The position numbers and the translations under genes are program-made. DNA of 64,000 bases from Anthoceros angustus (taxonomy: Eukaryota; Plantae; Anthocerotophyta). Shown here piece by piece: positions 12,148-25,160 of the stretch. Each line of letters begins with the position of its first letter. Position 1 is the stretch's first letter. The stretch is from NCBI GenBank assembly GCA_010909165.1, contig MU008169.1:558001-622000 (forward strand), given 5' to 3'. The notes below the pieces were generated by a model, which was not told where the DNA came from, searched no databases, and saw only the letters and a program-made list of their open reading frames with translations.

Positions 12148-12637
12148 TCAGGGCGCCCCTGATACCAGGACCGAGAGGTCTCGCTTCTGCTGTTTCCTAG
12201 CCGTGGTCAGGTCGCTGCAGAAACATCTCCTGAGCTTCTCTTGGGTGTAGCCTGTTGGGGATAGTATGAAGTCATCTTGTACATCCAGCTCCTGCGCAGC
12301 AAGCAAGGGTTAGAAGGAGGATATGGGGCGGGTCATACGAGGGTGTGTTCTTGCTACGGGATAAGGCAAGCTGGCACCTGTAGAAGGTGGTGAACGCACT
12401 TCAGGAACTCCACGTCCTGGTCTGATGCACAGCCTGTACTGTCCTGGGCTTTGAGCCAGTTGAAGCCAGCTTGCAGGAGGCAGGATTCGGTAGCGGAGAA
12501 CGATCTGGCTTCTGCTGGCCAGAACATACATGCATTTTATGTAAGGCCGTGTGACATGAGGAAAAGACTCTACGGACGCAACCGTCACCCCTGCTCACCT
12601 AAAGCAGATCACCCCTTCGTCATACAGAGTCGGAGTT
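12148..12637 (-). pseudogene. 3'-terminal exons of the F-box gene family, truncated at the duplication breakpoint
   Basis: Near-identical to 50172-50663 (QIVLRYR.., ELDVHDDFILSPTGYTQEKLRRCF). The 5' part is absent. Confidence 0.8.
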
Positions 12638-12989
12638 GTGTCCGGAGGTCGATCGAGTAGCACTGGAGGGAGGTGATTGTTCCAGGCTACGAGTAACCTA
12701 GAATTTGATATTTAGTCTCCATTTCCTGTGAAAAAAAGAACAGCATACAAGATCAGGTACCTCAAAAGACATCTCGGGCCAATTCTGGCCACTATCCCCA
12801 AGGGTGGTTAGGGGAATTCAGGCCACGACCCCTTCCTGTCAATTTGCGGTTGCTGACTATGGTACTCTATCAGGGGCAGGATATACGTAGGAGGTACAAT
12901 GAGGTGGGGCTCGTTTCACCTCGTACCTCAATTCAATCCCTTCCCCTCGCAGGCTCCAGATGAACTAAATATGGATTCCTACATAAAAG

Positions 12990-14091
12990 AATGTCCTTCT
13001 CCCCCATCTTGGAGTCAGGGGTGCTCTATTTGCTGGTGAGTATCCTTGAGGTCCAGCTCGTTGAGGCAGTCCCTGACTGTCACCTTCACAATGTCTGCGT
13101 TCTCATCAAAGAAGAAAAATTTGGCGTCCAGAAAGTCTGGGTCTTCCTCATAATTCACTTGGCCAGGCAGCTCCTAAAGGAACAAAACAATGAGCACTCA
13201 AAACTGAGCGACATCCGATGATACCCAACTTCTAGCAAGATTGCTAGCTAAAACAACCCTGACAAAAAGCAATTCACAGTACCTTCCAAACAGTCCAGAT
13301 CCTGTCGACGTTGGTGTGGTGCACGAACAGGAGGGGGTCGTGCAGGGAGGTGAAGATGGCTCCCATGTCCTCGTATGTCAACTCCGGGTCGCCAGTATGG
13401 AAATGGACGCCGCTGTGGACGTTGTTCTCGTAGGTCTCCCGGCCCTGGACGAACACCATCCCGGCGCGCATTGGGTGGGACGTGAACTTGAGGTTAGCCT
13501 CCTTGACGAGCAAGCGATGCAAGTGCGCGTTATTACGCAGCCAGTCTTGGCATAGAATGCTCCAGTTCAGCTGCTCGTCCCGGTCGTAGTACTGAAGATC
13601 CACCAGCTTGTCGGGCAGCCCGGGCTCCAGTAACGGGTCGCGCACGGGTCCGGGAACCCCCGCTGCGGGAGGATGGCGCCGCCCAGCATGCAGTGGTAGC
13701 TGTTGAGCATGTAGTTGGGGCGGGGATCGGAGGGCGGGAGCTCCTTGATGAGCCGGAACCCGAGGTTGAGCTGGTGGGGGTAGGTCCTGTTGTTGCCGAT
13801 GAGGTGGGCCGCCGGCCTGACGCGCACTTGCTCGGGGAGCGGATTCTCCTTCAGGTACTGCGCCCACTCCTTGTACCCCAAAGGCCGGCCTTCCGAGTCG
13901 GTGTTCCGCAGCGGCGGGATGTTGCAGCAGTCCACATCCCCGTCCCAGCCTTCCGCGAAGGGCACGAAATTGGGAATGTGGTGCTTCCTGCACGTCCTGA
14001 AATCGGGCTGTATCGGCGCCCCGTCAGTGATCTCCACTCGCACCGCCAACTGCAACACGGACAACAGCAAGAGCAGGGGCAGGGACGCCAT
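12990..14091 (-). pseudogene. PPO: Polyphenol oxidase (tyrosinase family) pseudogene with N-terminal signal peptide
   Basis: MASLPLLLLLSVLQL signal; APIQPDFRTC, DCC.PP, VRPAAH, LPPSDPRP..HC; CuB ENNVHSGVH..GD..EDMG..DPLLFVHHTNVDRIW; DWL-like exon DPDFLDAKFFFFDENADIVKVTVRDCL. An internal deletion with frameshift near 13645 removes the second half of CuA. TGA at 13015-13017 where PW is expected. Confidence 0.85.
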
Positions 14092-14526
14092 CGCCCCGTT
14101 AAACGCGAACCACCCAAGAGACGGTGCGAGATTCCGAGATATTGGGAAGGCTGGGAAGCCTTTCACACCAGGCTTCTGGGCAAGAAACCAGTGGGGAAAA
14201 AAATCGGCCACAGCCCACACACAACGGCACCCGGAAGGCGGGGGGGAAGAAGATCCCACAAACTCAACATCTGCACAGTCTGCTACTTACACTTGGTAGC
14301 CTGGTGCGAATTGCTCCGCAAAGCCGGGATGCAGGCTCTCTAAAGTTTGGAACACTAATTGAGTTGTAATTGCAGCTGCATGATTTCCTGCAACAAGCCT
14401 ATACATAGGTCACCTGAGATTGCAAGCCATTGGTGTGCATGGCTTGTACGTGGGGGAGGATTGTCGTTCGCTCCGGCCAGTGGGCACTGGACAGAACTTC
14501 CCAGTGTCCCCACCAATAGTTGTATA

Positions 14527-14652
14527 GAAGAAGAAGAAGAAGAAGAAGAATATATTTCAGCCCGCTTGGACGGAGTATGCCTATGTGCCTTCAACCCAGG
14601 AGGGTGACATTGTCTGCCATGTCTGACATTCCACTTAACAAAGAAAAACGAG
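14527..14652 (-). mobile_element. Short retroposon-like insertion with (TTC)n tail
   Basis: (gaa)8 tract; imperfect flanking duplication tgtatag/tgtacag. Confidence 0.4.
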
Positions 14653-15610
14653 TGTACAGTGCATCCACTCCCCGTCCAGCTTAAGAAGGTAGTGTGGGAT
14701 CTGGTGCGTTATTATCGCCATCTCCAGCGCGAGGGCTCAAAGAGTCTACGAATCCACCCTCGGGACTCTCCTCGCACTACTTCAAAACACTGTCATTTGA
14801 GACACATATTAAGACGCCCGAAAGACAATGGGCGGTGCCTTAAGACGTGCTCCCCGGCATCGGAACACGTCTTTGTACTGTCTTTTCGAGGACGTCGTGG
14901 GAGAGGTGAAAGACGGAGCACCGGACACCAGCAGGTACCAGTTTCGACTAGCAGGTTGCAATGGACCGGACTGGCCCGGGCCGTCCGCGCGACTGCAGAC
15001 CCCGGAGCCACCAGTTCGCATTACCGACGCCGTTTTCCGAACGGCGCACCGGAACCTCGCAGCGTGCTGCCCGAGCCCAGGTAAGCAAGCTGTACGGTGA
15101 CCCTGCTGCCGGGCACGGGGCTCCTTTGTCCTGTACACGCGTACGCTGACAATGGTGATCTCCATGACCGTATATGTACATGCCACAAACATGACCGCGT
15201 ACAAAGAATATTTTAATGTTTGGCAAGGTATACCGTACCCCGAGGGGTGGTTCAACAGGGTAATGCCGAAATAATTATTTTTTGAAAAATATAAGGCTCA
15301 ACCTACATATTTATATTTTTCAAAATTTCAACATTTGTAAAAAATAACTTTATTAAATTTCAACATTTATTAAAATACATAGGTATCTATATACAACTAA
15401 TAGATATGTGTAGACCTCCCTAAACAAGCCCTAATTTTCCACACATAGGTACCCTAGTTTCCCAAACACCCTCACCTCTAGCTTTTCAAAGAGGCCCTAG
15501 TTTTAAACAAGCCTTAGTTTCTAAAAAGCCCTAGCTTTTCAAACCAAGGTCAACCTAATTTTATTGTGTCTTTCTTGTTTGGGAAAGTGGCTACTTGCAA
15601 GCACCCAAAC

Positions 15611-17300
15611 ATGGCAACAAATAAACAATCTCGTCTAACAACCATGTTTCGTAAGATTGAGAGAGAGGAGAGGGATGTTGAAATTGCGCGAGATGTGCAC
15701 TTGCTTTCTACAAGAGTAGCTGGGACTTCACATGAAAAAGTTTCAGAGCTGAGACCTATGAAGCGACCAATTGGAAGACCTCGCAAGACAACATGTGAAG
15801 CAGTTCTTCTACCAATGAAGAGGATCAAGCAAGAGGATGAGGATGTCAGGAGCTATACGCACAAGAAACGAAGAGGTCCTTATACTAACTGGTTTCAAGA
15901 CCATTTATGGCCTCCTATAGAAGCAAGTGTTAGGAAGCATAGGAATTTTGCAGATTGCATTACCTTAAGGCTGCCCATGGAAAGCCGGATGGACAATCCA
16001 TATACCAAGTTGACGTGGATCCTTATACACTTGGTTTGACTCAAGACATGGGAGTTGAAGTCTGCTGCATAAGCTTGCGATTAGTAAAAGTCCGCAGATC
16101 CGCCAACTATCAACATTGGACCTTTGGAAGATAGACCTGATTTGAGAAAGGAGCTTGGTGATTTCTTGAGAACCTTGAGGGATGAGGGGGAACCAATCAA
16201 TGCCCCTCTTGTCCAACCCATGCTGAGGGGCATTATTAAAGCTAGGGCACCTGAACTCATTGGAAACGGAACTTTCGAGGTTAGCATTGATTGGACAAGG
16301 AAGTTCATGAAAAAGGAACTCTCATGGTCCTATCGAGCATCTACTACTGCAGCTTCTAAGCTCCCGGAGACTTGGGAAGATGAAGGAAGAATGATGGCAT
16401 ATAGAGTAGCTTACCTCTCCAGAGCTTATGATATTCCGCCTGAACTTGTTGTCAATAGTGATCAAAGGAATCCACTTGGTTCCTACAAAGGGAGAACGCA
16501 CATGGGAGGTTAAAGGGACAAAAGACATCAAGGTGCTTGGGGTAGAGGACAAGAGGTAAATTACCACAGTGGTATCTTCATCAGCAGCAGGTCACTTACT
16601 ACCGCTCCAAATCATCTTCACAAGAACAACAAGTAGGTCGGTACCCAAAGGTCATGGTGGTGCCAAGCTATGTGTAGAAGCAGGATTTCATTTAACATAT
16701 ACTAGCACTCATTGGTCTACACTAGAGTCATCGAAGGCATTTGTGAAGGAAATCTTGATCCCTTACTATGAAAGGCAACTGGATGTCTTAAGGCTAGCCA
16801 CAAGGCAAAAGATGATATGGATTATAGATTGCTGGAGTGTTCACAAAAGCAAGGAATTCCTAGACTGGATGAAAAGGACTTACCCTTTGATATGTGTGAT
16901 CTTCATTCCCGCTAGATGTACTAGCAAGTTGCAACCTGCTGATGTAGTCCTTCAGCGACCCTTGAAGCATGCTTTCAAGCGAGAATTCTGTAAGTGGACA
17001 ACCGCTACTATTGAAGAACAACTCAACGAAGGAGGAAAAAGAACTGTTAACCTCAAATTGAAAAACTTGAAGCCCAAGGTGTGTGAATGGTTATTCAATG
17101 CATGGACATATGTTTCAAATATGCAAGATTCATTGATCAAGCATGGATGGGAAAAGACAGGTATTTTAAGAGCATTCAACTCATATTTTCAGGTAGAGGG
17201 AATGGAAGCAAACACGACAACATCCTTATTTTCTAGAACAACTGAAGACATAGAAGAAGGGCATGAATTTGAAAGAGAAGGAGATGATGAGGACTACTGA
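15611..17300 (+). CDS. pogo-like DDE_1 transposase (frameshifted)
   Basis: KRPIGRPRK; CENP-B-like HTH (W..KFMK..LSWSYRASTT); VVNSDQ; LLPLQIIF; IIDCWSVH; FIPARCTSKLQPADV..QRPLKH. Confidence 0.85.
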
Positions 17301-18129
17301 TCTGAAGTAGTGGATGTGATGAAGAAATGTTTGGCTGCAGTAGAAACTTCAACAAGTGGACAAGCACCAACCTACAGCAAAAACAAAGCTAGAATGAAAC
17401 AGTTAGCCAGGAAGAATAATGATATCCTGGTACATAGCCATAGGAATGAGACTAACTAGGGTTCCTAGGGACTTGACCCTGACTTTTAGTTAAGGAGCTG
17501 ACTCTAACTAGGGAAACCTTAGCAACCTAGGTAGGGAACTAACCCTAGCTACCTAAGAAGAGGACTATCCCTTGCTAGAGACCTGAAAGAAAAATTGCCT
17601 CCTGAAACAAGATGAGTACCTACCTCATCAAGTGCAATCTCCAGATAGTTAGGGGACAATTCTGCATCCCACTCACGGTGAATGGGAGTGTAAACGACCT
17701 TGTGACTGTAGGATTCCTTGTAATAACACAATTGGATTTCTGAGTAGATAATATACAGTCAAATGCTCACTCGATACAACTGCACCATATAACTGCACCA
17801 CTGCATTAACGTGAGAAACACAGACCTTAGGATGCCGAAGGAAAATGAGATTGATCATGAATGGAATCCTGTACTGCTATATCAAGAACTTCGTTCCCAA
17901 GCAACAGCTGTGAGCTACCATCAGACCATTTCACAAATCTTGCATTGCTCTGAAACTGCAACAACAAAGTTCCACAATCAATCAAAACACGTCATGTCCT
18001 CTCTTCATGGAAAACTGACTCAGAAGTCCAAATAAGCACCACCTACTTCAAAAATTGTTGCACCATTGCGATTTGTGATCACTCAGATCCTCAGATCCTG
18101 CTGGCGACCCAGAAGCAGAGCGGATGCGA

Positions 18130-19320
18130 CTCCGAGGTGCTACGTCCTGCTCATCTTCCGACTCCACTCCAGCTGCAGCGTCTGCCGCCTCGCGGTGCGG
18201 TCTGCGCCTCGCTTGTTCGGTCTGCCGCCTCGCGTACCGCGTCTGCCGCCTCGCGGTGCGGCGTCTGCCGCCTCGCCAGCTGCGGCCGTCACCGCCTCGC
18301 GATACCGTCTGCCGCCTCGCAGCTTAGTCTGCCGCCTCGCGGTACTGCGTCTGCCTCGCTGCGGCGTCTGCCGCCTCGCGGTGCGCGTCTGCCGCTCGCG
18401 GCCGTCTGCAGCCTCGCGGTCGGTCTGCCGCTCGCTGCGGCGTCTGCCGCCTCGCCGCTGCCGCCTCGCCGCTGCAGTTGCTCGCTGCAGTTGCTCGCCG
18501 CAGCTGCAGCTGCAGCTGCAGTTGCTCGCCGCCTGCAGCCTCGCTGCGGCGTCGCCGCCTCGCATTGCGGCGTCTGCTCGCCGCCTCGCATTGCGGCGTC
18601 TGCTGCTCGCCGCCTGCAGCCTCGCGGTGCAGCTCGCAGCTCGCTGCAGTGCTGCCGCCTCGCATTGCGGCGTCTGCCGCCTCGCGGTGCGGCGTCTGCC
18701 GCCTCGCGGTGCGGCGTCTGCGCCTCAGCTGCAGCGTCTCCCGCCTCGCGGTGCAGCTCTGCCTCGCTGCGGCGTCTGCCGCCAGCGCGGCGTCTGCCGC
18801 CCTCTGCGGCCCTCAGACCTCGCGGTGCGCGTCTGCCGCTGCAGCTGCCGCCTCGCGTGAGGCTGCTGACCTCGTGAGGTTGCGGCATTTGCGCTCTGGC
18901 GAGGCGCGAGGCGGCCCATCTGCAGACCTCGTGATCTTGCAGCGTCTGCCGCCTCGCCGCCGCAGCTGCAGCTGCCGCCTCGCCGCTGCAGCTGCAGTTG
19001 CTCGCCGCCTCGCCGCAGCTGCGGATCTGCGACCTCACGAGGTCAGCTGCAGCCGCAGCTGTCGCCGCCTCGCGGCTGCGGCATGCGACCTCGCGAGAAA
19101 AGCGCGTGACCTCGCGAACTTTTGCGACCTCGCGGCTGCGGCTCACCGCCTCATGAGGCTCGCCGCCGCAGCTGGCTCGCCGCACCGCAGCTGCCTCGCT
19201 GAGGCTCTGAGCCTCTACATAATTTGACAAGCGAGAGCGAGGCTGCCTCGGCCTCGATTCTACCTCAGCGGAACATGATCTGCGACCTCGCGGTGCGGCG
19301 TCTGCCGCCTCGCGGTTGCT
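18130..19320. repeat. GC-rich degenerate minisatellite (about 22-bp core gcggcgtctgccgcctcgcggt) inside the pogo element
   Basis: Dozens of degenerate copies; the source of the long Ala/Arg pseudo-ORFs. Confidence 0.9.
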
Positions 19321-19599
19321 CCTTTCTCTGTTTTCGGCATTTTAGACTCTTAAATATTTATACATTCGGCATTTTAGGCATAATAGTTTTTAGATTTTCA
19401 ACTTTTACTAATTCTAATTAATTAACGCCGAATCACCCCTCGGGGTACGGTATTCTTGCATGTTCAAACCAGTTTAGTGAGAGTTTCATGGTAACCTGAT
19501 CATGTTAGATGTCATTATAATTTAAGCTAATTGACCGTTTATGATACGGTTTTTATTTATGATCAGCCTGCATGATCATAGTATCCATAGATCCACATA

Positions 19600-21181
19600 G
19601 GGGATTGGATACCTAAGTCTGAACAAGAAAGACCATGAAGGCCGGCACTATGTATACCGAGAGGCCGAAAATGAAACATCTCCTGCCTTCGAACGCTTCT
19701 CCTTCCTGCCTTCCGTAGAGCTTGAAGCTTCCTTGGACCTTGCACCTTGCTTCCTTTTGCCTATTGAAGATTTCTGCGTGTACCGACCATGCTCCTTCTG
19801 CACACTTGTGCAGGAGCCACCTCCAAGCACGTTGAGATTGCGTGTTTTCACCTATAGGACTCATCCTGTGTTAGACGGGATGACCTACGGGCTGCCCGCT
19901 TACCAAATTTACATATGAGAAGCCTGAACAAGAGCAAGTCCCACCTGTCGCTTGTTCTTGTGCCTCTTGTTCTTGTGCTTGACATGATTGTCAGCCGGTG
20001 TTTCGATTTGCGTTTCCATGACCGTCTCTACTAAGTTAAATGCCAACCTCCTCTCCAAAGAAATGGGATCTTCCTCCTCCTCAACTGGTGTTCCAACCAA
20101 AGTATCTGCTGATGGACATCAAGTATCCATGTAAGTGCGACCTAGCCATTCAGGAAAAAGCAATCAAGTAAAATATACACTTACCGGCTCGCACTGACCG
20201 AGCATCCCAGAACTCAGGCATCCTTTCCACCGAATTATGTGCCCCCCATCGAGCCTCTACCTTACTTGGTTCCCTGCCCCATATCTTCCGAAATCTCTCA
20301 GCAAATTTGTCGATGCCTGCTCGGCCAAAAGGATTTGTAGGCGGGCTGCGTGCTTCATGATCGAGCTCCACCGCTCGTTGTTGTGGCCTTGGCCACTCCC
20401 CGTTGCCCCGCTCGTATTTTGTGCATGCCCACTTCACGGCCTTATCCCAGGCTTCCTCAGTCAGAGACGATGGCTTGGGAGCCACCTCCCCACGTTCTCT
20501 CAAATCCCTGGCTGCCCTCTTCAACTTTAGCCGAAGTGAAAAATTCCGGCCTATCTGCGCGCTAGAAAATTTGTGCTTCAAAAGCTCTCGGTTTGTCACA
20601 GCGGGAAACTCCCTGGTCACTATCCCCATTAGCTCCTCCCTTAGCTGCATTGCATGTGATGTCCAAGGCTTCAAGATTATAAGCCGGCTGACACACAAAT
20701 CCAGAATGTGCTTTTCCAAATCTAGCTTCGTCTGTCCCAAGACTCCGCCCGTCACATCATCACGGTCTCCTTGCGATGGTGCACCGGATCCCTCCTCAGC
20801 ACAAACCCTCACTAACAATGCCTGTATCACTGGCACTCCATGTGTCCTAACCAAGGAACGAACTATGTCTACAGGTGCATATGGACGAAGAATTTCATGG
20901 AGAGCCAACATCATTGGGGTGGCCTGCACTGCTGTTTTCCCTCCACGTTCCTTGTAGTTCTTGCCCCACTGTGCATCCAATCCAACTTGCTCCTCTTCGT
21001 TCCCCTCACAATCCTCCCCTTCATCATCCTCAGAATTAGAATCTGCATCATGTTCCTCAGAACTAGCTGAGGTTTGTGGCATGTGCTCCTTTGACTCACC
21101 AGAATCAGAGCACTCCATTTCCTCCAAGAGCCCTTCCCCATTCTCCCTCCATGTCCCAGCCATTCTTGTGAAAGAGCCCAC
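19600..21181 (-). CDS. CACTA ORF2/TnpA-like protein (probably spliced or degenerate)
   Basis: Inside the CACTA, same strand as and downstream of Tnp2; KLKR...PKPSSLTEEAWDKAV.W...PFGRAG...F..IWGREPS pattern. Confidence 0.55.
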
Positions 21182-21610
21182 AAAACCATGCAGACAGAAA
21201 ACTGAAATAGTTCATGGACCCGAGCAGGATGGGTGGTTCCCCGGCGCACCCCATGTTCAAAATCCAGCTACGAAAAGGCGCCAAATGCAAAGTCTGGTCG
21301 TGAGCTTTCAGAAGACAGACAGCTAGGCATGGTTGCGAAGTCATCACGACTCAACAACTGAAACACCCATATGACGTCTTACCCGTTTTTGCAATCTCTT
21401 ACTTGTGATGAGTATTCCATGGTCTCTGTCCGGACCCGGTCCGATGATTGGGCTCCAAAGCTCAGCACCACGACCAGCACAATGCACTGGGCGCAAATCA
21501 AGGGCTTGTTGGCGGAGGGATTTTTAGATGCGCATGCCACGGACATCTCCTCAAGTCCTCGGGGTTCCATGGAGCAGAAAGGAACAAACAATCATAGCAC
21601 CTCAACCTCA

Positions 21611-24600
21611 GCCAAAGCACAATGCCTTTAACAGCGTCTGTTCTAAAAGGGGTTTCTCCTGAAACCCCTTTTGGCACACGGACGTTTCCGGACCCCTTCT
21701 TCGCACACGAGGGAAATCCGTGACCGAATCACTTTTTGTATTTCTCCCATGACAGTCACCCGCAAACATTTCAATTTTTGGTGCGATACACGATATGGGA
21801 CATTCTCGCATCGAAATTACGAGAGAAAACCATCGAGACATTCACGATCGCTTTTTCCTTCGGGACCATGCTATTTGTGCACAAACTTCTTGGCCAAGAC
21901 TCACATTTAAATGCCTACCGCTTGACATCGGTCTATGTTTCTAGCTAGTTTGGCGAATGTTGTCTTTCCGTCCTGGACGACGATGTCATCGTTCTCTTGC
22001 GCCCGCTATGGATCGTGAATAGCAAGAGGAAGGGCTGCTTTCTCCACCTTGGGACTCGCCAAAGCACAATGCCTTAATATGTCTGACTAAAAGGGTTTCT
22101 CCCGAAACCCCTTTGGCACACGGACGCTTCCGGACCCCTTCGGCTACGTGAAATCCGCCTGGAATCGGCCTTTTTGTATTTCTCCCATGACAGTCACCCG
22201 CAAACATTTCAATTTTTGGTGCGATACGATATGGGACATTACGCATCGAAATTACGAGAAAACCATCGAGACATTCACGATCGCTTTTTCCTTGTGGCCA
22301 TGCTATTTGTGCACAAACATGCGCACTCACATTCGCTTGATCTCCAACAGTTGACATCGGTCTATGTTTCTAGCTAGTTTGGCGAATGTTGTCTTTCCGT
22401 CCTGGACGACGATGTCATCGTTCTCTTGCGGTTTGCGGATCGTAAATAGCAAGAGGAAGATATGGCGTTTCTCCACCTTGGGACTCGCCAAACCCAAACG
22501 TCTCCGGATGTTGGTTGTCCCAAGTAGTCGCTTTCTTACGGTCTTAGCTCTTCTTTTCCCTTCGTGTTCTTAGGGTTATCTGACCTTTTGCCATCTTCTC
22601 CTTCTTCTTGGCCCCGTGATTGACTCAAGTCTTGAAGGTCGATGGGTGCGCATGTTCCTTGAACCAAGTGTAGCGTTGCCACAGGCTTAGCGATCTCCCC
22701 GCCATCTCTTTGGCAAAACCGGATGTCACGTTTGTGTGGTTTGGTGGTCAACTCTTCCTCGTCAGTAGGAAACACTTCATGGCACATGTCACTGTTCGAT
22801 GAATATTGTGCTCCTGTTCTTGGTCAACAATACGGTTCCTCCCTTCGAATGCCGCAAGTATTCCACTCCGCTTCCGAGCATCCATCTATAACCCATTCCC
22901 TCTTTACGTGAATAGGTCATATAGCGTGACCATCAACCCTATTGGCTTTTGGTAAGGAGAAACAACATGGCCATCGTTGGACACATTCAAAAGTTTCTTC
23001 ACGATGCGCTATGTCGAATAAACGCAGCATTGCTCCAATCTCTGCACTATTGGACAATGCACGCACTTCCTCATATCTTCAACGATTGGGTGAACACCAT
23101 ACCCCGTCATGTACTCATCTCGTAAAGTCCTCGTCCAGACCAAATTGTCTTTCTCCCGGACCATTGTATAAACCCCCTTTTCACACCATTTTCGTGCATT
23201 TGGACATCGCATCAGTCGGTCCATGCATAAATATCACGCGGAAAGTCTTGCATTCGTGATTGTCATGAATCCATCCATTATCTTCTCCAAATCCTCACAT
23301 GTCATCTCCTTATCCCATGTCTCCGATAAATTGCCCCTTGGTAAATCGACGACCAACGACTTGTATTCTCTTTTCCCCAAGTAGGCAGCCATTTCACGAA
23401 TATCACCGGTTATTACACAGTAGCGGACCTTTGCTTGCTTTTGAACATGGAAAATGTCTAGTTTGCGTCGTTGTCTTCCTTGACTCTCTGCAAATCTTCC
23501 ACCCTCTTCCAATTTCTTGCCGCATTGATGTGCTCTTTGAAGCTATCGGGTATCATCTTCTCTTTGTACTCTTTACTGCTTGATTATGCGCAGGATGGAG
23601 ACGTTCATAGGTGAACATGAGAAAACTAGTTTGCGACTTGCTAACTCGGCGGACATACTTACAATGTGATCAAACACCGGTTGAAATTTCGCTATATCTT
23701 ACGGTGTTGAGTGCCTCGGATATTCTCTCAACTTCGCAAATGAATTGCACCTCGGTCGAGCAAAATCATGCGGATGACATTCAACTTGGCCTTCGTTATC
23801 CACGTTTTCATGCCGCTATTGGACAATGCACGCACTTCCTCATATCTTCAGATGGGTGAACACCATACCCCACGTCATGTACTCAGATTCTCGTAAAGTC
23901 CTCGTCCGAGACCAAATTGTCTTTCTCCCGGACCATTGTATAAACCCCCTTTTCACACCATTTTCGTGCATTTGGACATCCGCATCAGTCGGTCCATGCA
24001 TAAATATCACGCGGAAAGTCTTGCATTCGGTGATTGTCATGAATCCATCCATTATCTTCTCCAAATCCTCACATGTCATCTCCTTATCCCATGTCTCCGA
24101 TAAATTGCCCCTTGGTAAATCGGCGACCAACGACTTGTATTCTCTTTTCCCCAAGTAGGCAGCCATTTCACGAATATCACGGTTATTACAGTAGCGGACC
24201 TTTGCTTGCTTTTGAACATGGAAAATGTCTAGTTTGCGTCGTTGTCTTCCTCTGACTCTCTCGCAAATCTTCCACCCTCTTCCAATTTCTTGCCGCATTG
24301 ATGTGCTCTTTGAAGCTATCGGGTATCATCTTCTCTTTGTACTCTTCACCTTGATTATACGCAGGATGGAGACGTTCATAGGTCGAACATGAAGGCAGTG
24401 CAAACTAGTTTGCGACTTGCTAACTCGGCGATGATGTACTTACAATGTGATCAAACACCGGTTGAAATTTCGCTATATCTTCCGTGTTGAGTGCCTCGGA
24501 TATTCTCGCTCAACTTCGCAAATGAATTGCACCTCACCCGAGCAAAATCGTCGGATGACATTCAACTTGGCCTTCGTTATCCACGTTTTCATGCCGCTCA

Positions 24601-25160
24601 CGGTCAACTCGCCTTGAATCACTTTCTCCAACGACATATCCTTTCACCGCTTCACCGAGGCATGCCTGAAAACTCTCAATTGGTCGCATGCATTGGCTTT
24701 ATCATCAAATTTGGATCCCGCAATGCCGGCTCGTATCCGGCCCCCACGCTTTGATTTCCCCTCTTGCTGCCTTTCTTCCGGTTACCTTGCTCGACGGCGC
24801 ATGTGCCACAATGTGATCAAACACCGGTTGAAATTTCGCTATATCTTACGGTGTTGAGTGCCTCGGATATTCTCTCAACTTCGCAAATGAATTGCACCTC
24901 GGTCGAGCAAAATCATGCGGATGACATTCAACTTCTTGGCCTTCGTTATCCACGCTCACGGTCAACTCGCCTTGAATCACTTTCTCCGGTATGACGCATA
25001 ATCCTTTCACACTTCACAGGCATGCCAGAAAACTCTCCAATTGGTCGCATGCATTGGCTTTATAATCAAATTTGGATCCCGCACTGCTGGCTCTGTATCC
25101 GGGCCCCCACGTTTTGATTTCCCCCTCTTGCTGCCTTTCTTCCGGTTACCTTGCTCGGGA
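21611..25160. repeat. Local stutter duplications (about 450-bp unit x2 at 21611/22059; segments repeated 2-3x across 23010-25155)
   Basis: Near-identical blocks with scattered indels; jump-back at GCCAAA microhomology. Confidence 0.85.

Larger units (their letters stand above)
7580..12637. repeat. Segmental duplication copy A (partner about 45600-50663)
   Basis: Collinear high identity across the AT-rich spacer, 212-aa ORF, BTB gene and F-box 3' exons. Similarity stops after ...catacagagtcggagtt (12637/50663). Confidence 0.93.
15233..19450 (+). mobile_element. pogo/Tigger-type (DDE_1) Tc1-mariner element nested in the CACTA
   Basis: TIR CCGTACCCCGAGGGGTG(G/A)TTC at both ends; TA TSD (15231-32, 19451-52). 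Confidence 0.9.

Noticed and set aside
18066-19230. Long Ala/Arg/Cys-rich ORFs in several frames
   Set aside because: By-products of a stop-free GC minisatellite; no domain content.
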